The translations under genes and the position numbers were made by a program. From NCBI RefSeq assembly GCF_001447785.1, contig NW_015174860.1, forward strand, positions 810,081 to 874,080: a stretch of 64,000 nt of DNA, in the 5' to 3' direction. Each line of letters starts with the position of its first letter. Position 1 is the first letter of the stretch. Shown here in pieces: positions 12,701-24,700 of the stretch. This DNA is from Gekko japonicus. Its lineage: Eukaryota. The notes under the pieces were generated by a model. That model was not told the DNA's origin, did no database searches, and was given only the letters and a program-made list of their open reading frames with translations.

Positions 12701-15700
12701 TTCCATGTGTAGATGCAAGAGCGTGGGTAGCCACTGAGACTGGAGCCTTATGGGCTTCTATCACCTTGTTCCCCTCCCCCTTCTAATACTGCTGTGGCTT
12801 CTGTGGAAGGGTCCCTTGGGATTCAGAGGTTTACTAGACATCACAAGAACACATGTCTGGAATTCTGTACTCTAGGATTTTTAAAGATTGTTACTGGACT
12901 AGCTTGAAACATGTTCTTTTTTATTTTGAAAACTCCTGTCCTCCAAATTGTGTAGACCTTAATAGTTCTTGTGTAGCGTAATTATAGCCATGTGAACACC
13001 TGTCTCTCTGTGCTGCTCCTTTATCCTAACACTGGACTGTTCTCTTGTAGGTCAGCTGCCAAAAGCTATGTAAAAGCCCCTTCTTTGGCCAACCTGGACA
13101 AGGTGAACTCTAACAGTCTGGATCTTCCCTCCTCAACCGAGCTCCACCAGATGCACGGTGGGAAATCGCCGGAGTCACATCCCACTGCAGTGGGTGTAGG
13201 AACCCACCTCACATCATGCTTCACTCCAAGCCCTGCACCTGTCCTAAACATAAACTCTGCCAGCTTTTCCCAGGGCCTGGAGCTCATGGGTGGCTTCAGC
13301 ATCCCCAAGGAAACTCGCATGTACCCCAAGCTTTCAGGGCTGCACAGAAGCATGGAATCGCTGCAGATGCCTATGAGCTTGCACAGTGCATTCTCTACAG
13401 GCAATACAAATGCTCCCACTACTGCCCCTACTCCTCCTGTCACTGCTGAAGAAGAGCCTACTGAGATGGCCTGGACAGGAAGTCCCAGAATCAGTCACCT
13501 GGACAGGTAGAGAAAGGAGAATGGGGTAGCTTCTGTGTGGTAGATTGTTTTCCACGCTAGAGAGAACTGGAGGTCTTAGAGTGTTTTTTCTCAAAGCAGT
13601 TTCGAGTCTTGGCAATGAAGTAATGCAACCTGGAAGATAGTTGGGATGGTAGAATTTTATATGGTGTATATGCCTTGTGTGGAAAAACAAACTCCAATAT
13701 GGTTCTTTGGTTTATTCTTCTTGGAGGTTTTCAAACAGAGGCTAGATGGCCACCTGACAGCAATGCTGATGCTGTGAACTTAGGCAGATCATGAGAAGGA
13801 GGGCAGGAAGGGTTGCATCAGTGCTTAGTTCTTGTGGCCCTTTCTTACATGCCCAGGGAAATGCTGATCACCACTTTGGGGTCAGGCAGCAATTTTTCTC
13901 CAGGCCAATCTGGCCGGGGATCCTGGAGGTTTTTTGTCATCTTTTGGGCATGGAACTGTGGTCACTGGGGGTGGGGTGGGGGGGAGGTGAAATTCCTGCA
14001 CTAAGCAGGGGGTTGGGCTAGATGACCCTGGAGATCCCTTCCAACTCTGTGATTCTGACCTATGAATGTGGTAAAGCTCTAATGGCATCAGTAGGCCTCT
14101 TATCTAAGCCCCATGTGCCTTCTGTCCCAACCCTTCACACAACCAATTTATTTCCCATTTGGAGTCACACCTGGCCCCTGGGAAATAACTAATAAGTGCT
14201 GCTGTTCATTTCCCTTCCTGCAGCTCTAACTGTGACTGGAATACATCGCCCAAGAAGGGATTAAGGTAATAATTTAATCTCCACCTTTATTTGGTTTGGT
14301 TTCTTTAAAATACCAAATTGACATCTTTCATCACAGTAAAATAAATGAGAATTACTTGGAGCAAGACAGGAATGTTCTGTTCTTTTGCACAGTGAAGCTA
14401 GCTTTTCACTGCGGTCATGCTAATACAGCATGGCCAGAAACCTGCACTGTGTATAATTTGGGGGTATGCTGTTTATTCCCTAGTTAAGCAGGGAACAAGA
14501 GATTCCACAGTACTAAAGAGGCAGGATTCCATAGAAAACCAATTTGCCAAGGCTGTTTATGTTTGTGGTGTGTAAAACCAAATCAGCCCAGAGTTCTGAT
14601 TACTGCCCCTCCCTTTTTGGTTGTATTGCTTGATCATATCCAGTCTGGGCAGGCAAATCACTCGCACTCATGCGGAGTACAGAATGTCCTTGCAAGACTC
14701 AGTCAGTAGGGATTACATTGCTTTTTGTTGCTAGTAAACTATGATTGCATTTTTTAAAAATGTAAGGTATACAGTTAAGAACATGAAGCACCATTAACCA
14801 AGTGTGCAGAACCTGTAGGACTATGGCTGTTAGTTACTTAACACCTGTCATTGCCTTTTGTAGCAGCATACTGGGGAGAATGAATGCCCTTGGCATTGTA
14901 TTTTCATAATGATGGTTAGAGATGGTAAGTTTTAGGAAAAATGAAGCCACTGGAAGAAAAGTTACTGTTTCCTCACCACCACTTAAAAAACACAAGAGAT
15001 ATGGAGAGAATTGAAATTTATAACTTGCTTACATGGCATGTCTAGACTTACTTTGCTTCTTTAACAACATACTTAAATCGTATTGTAGTTTATTAGTATC
15101 TATGTATTTATTATTCAATTATTATATACATATTAAGCTGCCTTGAGTTCCTCTAAGACAGAACTCAATGTAACTTGGTTGAGATTTAAAATAATACTGT
15201 TTAAATATATTTATAAAATATACAAGTAGTAGTTTCATTTAAGAATATATACTGCATTTTAACTTGGTTGACGTTTAAAATACTATTTTGATATATTTAT
15301 AAAGAAGCAAAGTATTAGTTTAATTCAAAAAACAGCTACACGTATACTTAGTGCTAGAGATGGGACAGCAAACAGCGTTTCATTTAAGAACATATACTGC
15401 ATTTGACGTTTAAAATACTATTTTGATATATTTATAAAGAAGCAAAGTATTAGTTTCATTCAAAAAAACAGCTACACGTATACTTAGTGCTAGAGATGGG
15501 ACAGCAAACAGCACCCTAAGTGATGGCATTATACCTTAGTTTTTCTTACTTGGAAAACCAGGAACAAATAAATTAAGAATACTAATAATCAACATTGTAG
15601 TAAAGGAAGGTCATTTTTATTACCTGGACAGAAAGAGCCTTTTTATTTATTTATTTTATTTATTTTATTTTATTTTATTTACATTTCTACCCCGCCCTCC

Positions 15701-18700
15701 CCTGGAATGGGCCTTCTGTTCATAAAACCAGCATTATCCATAAACAATACAAAAACCTGCAGTGTCTGAGCTGAGTATGTATACGATAAGCAATCTTCCT
15801 ATTTCTCCAACCTTCTGGGGGAGGAAATCGGCCTGCAGCTTCATGGTAAAAACATAGCACATGTCATAGTAGCTTTGGTCAAAGTTAGCCACATAAAACT
15901 TTGTTTTTTAAAAGGTGAACAATGTAGTATTGTGTGCAGTTCTGAAGGCTTCACTTCAAAAAGGATGTGGACAGAATGGAATGGGTGCAGAGGAGAGCGA
16001 TGAGGGTGATCAGGGGCCTGAAGACCAAGCCCTATGAGGAAAGGCTGAGGGATTTGGGAATGTTCAGTCTGGAGCAGAAGAGGCTGAGGGGGGGCATGAT
16101 AGCTCTCTTTAAGTATTTGAAGGGCTGTCACTTAGAGGAGGGCAAGGAGCTGTTCCTGTTGGCAGCAGAGGATAGGACTCGCAGTAATGGGTTTAAATTA
16201 CAGGTGGGAAGGTACGGGCTGGATATTAGAAAACACTTTTTTTCAGTAAGAGTTGTGCAACAGTGGAATCAGCTGCCTAGGGAGGTGGTGAGCTCCCCCT
16301 CACTGGCAGTCTTTAAGCAGCGCCTGGGCAAACACTTGTCAGGGATACTGTAGGCTGATCCTGCATTAAACTGGGGGTTGGACTAGATGGCCTGTATGGC
16401 CCCTTCCAACTCTGTGATTCTAGCTTTGAAAATACCAAGCTTCTCAAATCAGAATCAGTTTCTGAAAAATCAGTAGCCCCCACCCTGAAATGTCATGTTT
16501 TTAATCTCTGTTGATTCAGGGAACTGACCGCTTCTGTAGACTGAAATAATAATCGCTACCCTTTTATACATTAGTTTGTTTTGAGTTCAATGTATTTGTT
16601 CCCAGAACCAGACCTGTTTTGTTTTTTCATATGCTACAGAAATTGGAGGAATCTGAAGCAGACAGAAGGGTTTGTGAGCTGTACATACCTACAGTAGATA
16701 GAAAGCATAACAACCAACACTGTAGTTCTTACATAGTGTATATAAGAGCAGTATATAATGTCTTAGAAGGTATTTAGAAAGAATAAATGAAGAAATGACA
16801 ATATTTTAAAATCTTGCTTTAAATAGGATTTCACTCATAATTTTAAAAAAGAAAGCATGTTATCAGAGTTTCCCCCCCAAGTTTTAATCAGGACATAGGA
16901 ATAGAGAAACGTTTTCTCCAGTTCTTCCAGTTTACTCATCCTTCGCTTCTTTCAGTGCTTCCAGACCAATAGTAATTTCCTTTTAATTGCAGCTGACACT
17001 TGCAAACTGACTCCGAAACACTTTTTTTTTTGTAATGTTAGGGAATTTGGGGTTGGAGTGGGGAGACAGATTCCCTAATTCCAGGGGGGAGCAAAGTATG
17101 TTATTCTTGTTCTCCCTTTTGGCCAGATCACTCCAATCCATGTTTTCAACTGTCTCTGCTGTTTTCCTCTTAGGAGCTCCTATGGGTATAAGGTTTTGAT
17201 TGCAAAATTGGTTGGTTCAAAGATTGTGATAGTGTCAGAAGTCAAATCTTGCTGGTGACAACACCTGGTCAGAAGAAGTGACTGGTTAAGCACTGCCCTC
17301 CACAGGGCCTTTATGATTCTCTCTTTTCAGCATACAACCTGTCTGTATTCTCACATGTCCTTTGTTTTTGACAGGTATCAAATCCAGTCCCAAGAGGATG
17401 GCAAGGAGAGACGGCACTCCCACACGATTGGAGGGCTGCAGGAATCAGATGACCAATCCGATCTGCCCTCCCCACCCCCTCTTTCCATGTCATTGGTTGG
17501 GAAGGCACCACTGACCAATATCGGTTAGTACCTGTTCTCTCTGCTATCCTTCAAAAGGAAGCTCTTGAGGCAGGTCCTGTATTAAGTATAATTAAGCCAT
17601 TGGCCATTTTTATTTACTGCCATCCAGCCCTTTAAATGGTGCTTTTCTGAAACAGCACTCACACTGACAAAGTTTAAAGTAAAGAAACCTCTTAAGGAGT
17701 CCCTGAGATGATAAAGGAGCTTTCTATAAATACGGAGAGCTGGAACATAAAGTGAAACACTGAACCAAGAGTGCGCATTGCTCCTGCTGTTCTTGATGGA
17801 ATGGCTGAACCACATTTTGGTAATGTCACTTTCCAGCCATAGGATGCTATGGAGAGATGGAACACTCCTTGACCCTTGTGGGGAGGGGCCATGGCTCACT
17901 GACCGAGCATCTGTTTTACATGCAGAAGGTTCCAGGTTTAGTCCCTGGCATTTCCAGGGCCAGGAAGTGCCTCGGCCTGAGACCCTAGATAGCTGCTGCC
18001 AATGAGAGCCAGACAAGTCCGACAGTGCAGTCCTATTCAGAGTTATTTCAATTTGGGCCCATTTGGTTTAATGATCTTAGGATGGAGTAACAACACAGAG
18101 TTGCACTGTGAGCTAGATGGACCAATGATTAAACTTGATATAAGGCAGCCTTCATATGTTCAGATATGGCCGTCTCTGGGCAGAAAATAGTAACAAGCGA
18201 AAGGGGGGAAAAGGGAGAGTTTATCTCCCATCCCCGGAATTTAATGTCTGATCATAGATCATATAATTTGCGAGTAAAAGATTGGGGGGGGGGCTTATCT
18301 GGAAACATATAACAGAATTTTGCCTAAAATATAGTTCATTCCAGTCTGAGAACTTCTTCAAGTTTGTCCAGACAGGTTCAGGGATTGCACATCTCCCTTG
18401 CTTCCAAGACTTTAGAGCTTTCCGGAGGAGCCACCTTTTGGTGGTACAGAGGATTTACTCCTGATTTATCCTGCAGTAAAGAGGACTGCAGCTAAACCAG
18501 GAACATCTGTGAGAGTGCATCTGTGAGAGTGTGTGAGGGGCAAGTTCTGATGGCTTAATTTTTTACTGTTCCCAGCAACCAGTTGTGGATTGGTGAAAGT
18601 GATGCTTACAGAATTGCTGGCTGAGGTTGTTATGCAAAGAATGATGTGCACTTAGTGGTCTAAGCCCTGTTTCTTCTATTCCTACATGTAGTGCACTAGA

Positions 18701-21700
18701 ATCCCTTGGGTAATGTGTTCAGTTTCCTTGAATCCATCCTTGACTTTGAGCTGCTTTGACAAACCTCTCCTCCTCTGCCCCCTTCTCCTGCAGTGAGTCC
18801 CACAGCAGCCAACACCCCAAGGATCACCCGCTCTAACAGCATCCCTACCCACGACTCTACCTTCGAGCTATACAACGCCTCCCCCATGGGTAGCACCCTC
18901 TCCCTGGCAGACCGGCCCAAAGGCATGATCCGTTCGGGCTCCTTCCGTGACCCTGTGGATGATGGTGAGAATCCTGCACCCAGCTTTAAGGATCCAAATC
19001 TCCTCCTCAGCAGTATTGGAGATGGAGGAGAGGGAATACAGTTGCAACCGGTTCAGCCAATTGGATCTTCTCAAGAGTGCGGGATGTCTTGGCTGATAAC
19101 CAGTGAACTTTGCTGTCAGTGCTTCTTGTCATAAGGCAGCAAAATTATGCAGTGGAGTTGGAGATCAGAAGTCTGATCCTGCAGAGCCAGTTCCTTTGTT
19201 TTCCCTCGTACACAACCACCACCTGGTCTTAACTGGCATCCTGCTCAATGCACAGGGCTAGCGTCTCATAGGTCAGAGTCGGCTTCCAGTTTTGTTGCCA
19301 TCCTGTTCTCCTTTTGTAGGGGCAGAGGGGTTACATTCATGCTGAATGTTTATAGCACATTACAAATTATTTGAAGCACTTTAAGGAAGCATTCAAACTA
19401 GATTTGACAGTAAAAGGGCAGGCTGAGGAGTTATACTATTATCCTGGAGAACCCTTTTCTCACTGACTCTGAAGTTATCTGGACAGATGACCCTCCAGGT
19501 TGAAAGTGCTATTGGAAGTGCCACAGTTGACATTTCACGGGCAAAGACACCTCAGCAGCTTCTTCCAAGACTGAATGAATGTTCTATTACCCTCCAGATT
19601 CCCTGCTTTAGCCATTTGGAGAGTACAACATTAATCCCAGGATGCTCTTGGTGTTGTCATCCCACCCCTTGGCACTCACCTGACCTCTGGGTTTCCCCAT
19701 CCCAACCCCCCATGTGTACCGATGTTCCCAGGCCTCTTTGTGACCAGTCGCACCCCCTTCCATGGCCAGAAGATGCCCCGTGACATGTGTGTCTCTCTCT
19801 GTCTATTGCAGTTCATGGATCCGTGCTGTCCCTGGCGTCCAGTGCTTCCTCCACTTACTCCTCAGTAAGCTGTATTCCCTTCATCAGTCATTGTCTCCCA
19901 CCCTCGGCTTTCTTTGTGCTGTATTCTTAGCAGGCTTTCCCAGGGTTATCTTCTCCTGCAGTCTTCTCAAGTGGGATGGCATGAACAAAATGCATGGCTT
20001 CATTGTGACACGTGGCTCTTGGAGCTGGGGGTGCAGTCTAGTGCGTTTCACAGTTTGGCCATGAGGAGGGTGCTGCGGGGTCTGGAAAGGTTGCAGTGCG
20101 CATGGCAGTTCATCTGTGTTGCCTTTGCTCACCTGTGTTGCCCCGTCTCTGCTTCTGACACCCTAACCGCCTGCCTCTCTGTCTCTCCTCTGCCCCGTCA
20201 CCTCCTGCCAGGCTGAGGAGAGGATGCAGTCCGAGGTACAGTAAGATCCTCTCTTTCTTCCCCACTGCTGTGCTGCTCTTGACCATTGGTGGAGAGCAAA
20301 GGGCTGTAGCGCTCCCTTATTCTCCATTCTTTCTTTCTCCTCTAGCAAATCCGTAAACTGCGCCGTGAACTAGAGTCATCCCAAGAGAAGGTGGCCACAC
20401 TGACGTCCCAGCTCTCCGCCAACGTGAGTCACCCTGTTTCATAAGTGTTGACATAAATGCTTCTGTGCTCTGGCGGAGTTCAAAGGCATGTCAAATTCCA
20501 TACTAATAGTTGTTCTGCATTCACTAGTAATTACAAAGAGTGGAAGGCCAGGACAAGTGTAGAATGAAAGTGAAATAAGTGCCATGGGAAGAGAGCTTGT
20601 TCAGAACACTTTGTCAGATGTTATTCCTCCAGTTTGCAAGCTTGCATTCTGGAACACAGATCACTAGATAATTTATTCCATGACACGTGGATGCCAGGAT
20701 TCTGACACAGCACTAGGAAACCAGAATCTGTGCACGGCACACTCATGCTGGCCACATAATTCAGAGTTCTGATCTGCCCTTGACTGTCTGGCTGTAGAAT
20801 CACAGGAAATTCCATAGAAAATGGGGCAATGACTGACATTGATATTCCACTTGGAGCAGGAGCACCCTCTAGTGACTATTCATTGCTTAGCTAGTGCAAT
20901 TTTTCCTAATTTTTGGGAAATGGGGTCCTTGTTATTCCAGCACCAAACATCTGTTCCACAGCACAGCAGGCAGAAATCTTTGCACACACTTGTGACCATT
21001 TGGCTTGCTGACATATCTAAATATCTGTGGCTAGAGGCACTAATCCAACATTTGAAAGGGAATAGAACAAAGGATCTCTGACGTCTCCTAAAACCATATA
21101 CAGGGCAAAAACCAACATTAGATTAAATCAAGTTGGGACAATAGGGTAAAAGCAGAGCACTCTGGGGTTTTAGAGCCTTCCAGCCATTGGTGTCTTACCA
21201 AATAACTTCTGTCAATGGGCAGTAATCTTTGATCGGTCCCAAGTGCAATATTGTATAATGCTTGCAGGTGCTCGGATATGAGTTTTCTTTTCTCTTTCCA
21301 GGCTAACTTAGTAGCAGCCTTTGAACAGAGCTTGGTGAACATGACATCCCGCCTCCGACATCTTGCAGAAACTGCAGAAGAAAAAGTAAGTGAGGACAGC
21401 ACTGGGAATCATGCCCTCTTTAAGGCCGTGTTCAGTTTCTGATAGCAGGAGAGTGAATGACTTCCCATTAGGAGTCTGGGCACTAAGGGAAGCAGTGAGG
21501 AGCATCTGTCATCTGCTATGCTTCTGCATATAGCTGAGTGATCCTTGTCTTCCAAACTGTTGAAAACACAGAAACGTTTCCCCACATAGCACTGACTCAC
21601 CTTGTTGGCTACATAAAAGTTGATGCCTCTTCAGATTAAGTTGCAATGTGGTTGCTCTTGCCCACTGATTTACAGGCAGTGTGAGCAGAGGGAGATGAAC

Positions 21701-21737
21701 GCAACTTCTTTATTATTTTCTTTCTTTATTTATTTAT

Positions 21738-21768
<31 letters not shown>

Positions 21769-24700
21769 AAATTCTGTTTTGGGTTGACTCTTTCCTGAAC
21801 GTTTCACACGCTCCCAAATCAATTGGTTCCCTGATCTGTCACTCAGGAGGTGTGCCAATCCCCTGGCTGCATTGCCTCGCTGCATTGCCTCAGTCCCACC
21901 CACAGAGCCGGCGGCCAGTGTCTCGGGCTCAGTCTGGCGGGAGCCGGCAAACGGGATGGATCCTCTCAGTTCCAGGCCACAAACAGCTCCCACAGCAATG
22001 GAAAGCCAGAAGCATTAACCAATTAAGGCTTGCGCTTTTAGTGAGGGAAAGCAGCCAGGGAAGGAGGGAGATGGAGAGCCTTCAGTGTCACAGGGAGACA
22101 AGTCTGAAAGTTGAGCCTGCCAGAGACAAGGCAGACTGATGTGGGATGGTCGACTTTCACCCACTGCCACTTCCCCAGCCACAGAGAGTTCCACATGGGT
22201 GCCTCTGGTGAGGGCTGTCCTCTGACACTCCGGCGGGTGGAGGCTTCGGATGCCGAGGCCAAACATGGTGGCGCCGCAGCGGTCGTCGTCGGCCACGCCA
22301 GGGTGCAAGGAGCCAGCCAGGTGGTGAGCGCATAGAAGTGGTGCCCAGCCTCTTGCCCTCAGTGTGCTGTGAGGCAACGGACAGGCCCCACACTCTGGCA
22401 GCCTCAGGGTAAGGAGGCCGAGGCTGACTATGCCGCTGCCGCACCAGTCGGCATTGCCTGCGCACAGCTGCAGGTGGCAGGGCGGGCTGCGTGCGGACAA
22501 GGAACGGCGCCATAGACAAGAATGCAGCAAAGGAGGAGGGCGAGGCCGAGATCTTGATAGCGCTTGTTGTATTCCTTTTACAACGAGCTTTGCTACTAGT
22601 GTGTGTATAATTTTTTTTTTTTAAAAAAATTAAACTAATGTAATGCAGCCAGCATCACAGGATATAAGTGCAACAAGACCATTGTAAAAATATCTTATCT
22701 GGTTTATATTCTCTTATTATATGTTCAATTATTGGTCTCTGAAAAAGATCAGACCTCTCTTCTTAAGTGCCTTTGTGGTTTTACTGGAATTTAGTAATGG
22801 GACAACTTGAATGCATCCTCTGTGTTCCTGAAGTGCTAAACTTAACATACTCTTGTTTCATTTCCGTAAGAAATATTTACAACTAAGACAATAAAACCTA
22901 AGATATTCTTCACTTCCATTTCACCTTCCAGGACACTGAGCTGGTGGACCTGCGAGAAACCATTGATTTCTTGAAGAAGAAGAACTCAGAAGCCCAGGCT
23001 GTTATCCAGGGCGCCCTGAATGGAACTGATATCACGCCCAAAGGTGAAGGGCAGATTTGAGGGCACATCCCTCTTGTGGCCCTGAATGGTGGACACTGAA
23101 ACCAAGATTCCGGGTCCTTTTAGGAAGAGAAGTTAGGGATTGTTTTCTGCTTAGTGCTGAGATGGAACTCACTTTAATTGCAACCAGCTGCAATGCACTT
23201 TTCTACTGGCCTTTTAAGGCTCAAAGGGAGGCAACAGTATGTGCAGTCTTATACAGATCTGCACTGTATCTGCTAAACATCTAGCTTGCTTGCTCTTTTC
23301 AGACTCACAGCTGTAGGAATGGGAGAGAAATGGAGAACACCTCATGCTCATTTGTCATAGTGCCACAGTGAAGGCCTTCTTCATCTTCCTTCTAAAATTG
23401 GAGCCTTTAGCTTTAGAGACAGAAAGAAGATTTAAAACATGCAATGTTAGTGTTGTGCTGTAAAAATGCAGTGCAGTGGATATAGTTTCCAACCATTATA
23501 GCTCTCCCCCTGTGTTCTAGCATGGCATGGGGAGAGTTTCTGCCCCAGTGGGAGTGGGGAAATTATGGTATTTCAAAGTACTATAGACAGGGTGTGTGAA
23601 TGAGAAGAATTACCCACTGGTTGTTTCTTAAGAAGGCTGAATGAATCTGCTCCATGCGGGGCAAAAGATTGACCAACTCTGTATTAATTTTGAATGTGGG
23701 CACAGCTTGCTATCTTTGCCTGTGGTTCCTCAGACTTTGTCCCTCTCCCTTTATTTCACCCTTGTGCCCCCTTCTCTGTTTCTGTTGACTTCTGCAAGCC
23801 CTGCCTTACTATGATTTGTGAAGGAATGCAATTTCTTTCAGGCAGAATTCTAGCTTTTCTGTGGGTTATATTGAATGAATGAGAGGGGGGAAAGGAGGCT
23901 GTCTGTGGTGCAGGGAAGGAGTGTACAAGCCATGCTGGTGGTAGAGAGCTGGGAGCTGATCGGCTCAATGTCTGCAAGACCACCTTAGTTTACCTGTGGC
24001 TTCTAAGTGCATCCTTCCTTTTCTCTCTCTCCAGAACTGCGGATCAAGAGGCAGAACTCATCAGACAGCATCTCCAGCCTGAACAGCATCACCAGCCATT
24101 CTAGCATTGGCAGTGGCAAGGATGCAGATGCCAAGAAGAAGAAGAAGAAAAGCTGGGTAGGTAAAGGATGGGCGGGAAGTCAGAGGGAAGTAGCCATGGG
24201 GATGAAGCCCTGTTGTGCATCTTGTAACTAGTGCAATTGCAACTAGGAGGCTCTGGGACACTGGCCAGACACTAGGTAGTCCTGGTGACTGCCTTGATCA
24301 CACTCCTTTGCTAAGAGCCTAGTTTGCATCTGCATTTCTGTGGATGAGAGTCTGTACCAGTTCCCAGGCTAGATTCCGTATTCAATGATTGCCATCAATC
24401 CACCAGGCTTTGCTGCCTTAATCAAGGCACCAACCCAGGTTTAGGATGAAACAGGGATGCTAATTTAACAAGGGTGCAATAATTGCTGAAAACTCCAAGT
24501 GTTTATTATATTTTTTAAAAAAAATCCTTATGGTGGCTGGTACCTCGGCCCGATGCCTGTTTAGAGCTAGGAAGGAAAGCAGAAAAGTGTACAGTTTCTA
24601 AAAAGTATTCTTGGAAAGAGTAACTTTACCAGAGACATGTTGAGAAAATCGTATTGTGCCTATGAAATCATTATAGTAAAGACTTGGACTTCAACAATGA

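Noticed and set aside
11815-13443. Antisense ORFs over the large NAV1 exons
   Set aside because: Shadow ORFs caused by the codon structure of the sense exons.
22015-22530. 171-aa and 120-aa minus-strand ORFs in the CpG-rich block
   Set aside because: Expected in GC-rich, stop-poor sequence; no recognisable domain. The block is reported as a regulatory or exon candidate instead.
24157-24166. Tandem donor GTAG/GTAAAG (+4) after KKKKKKSW
   Set aside because: The first GT keeps frame and matches NAV1; use of the second cannot be supported from sequence alone.
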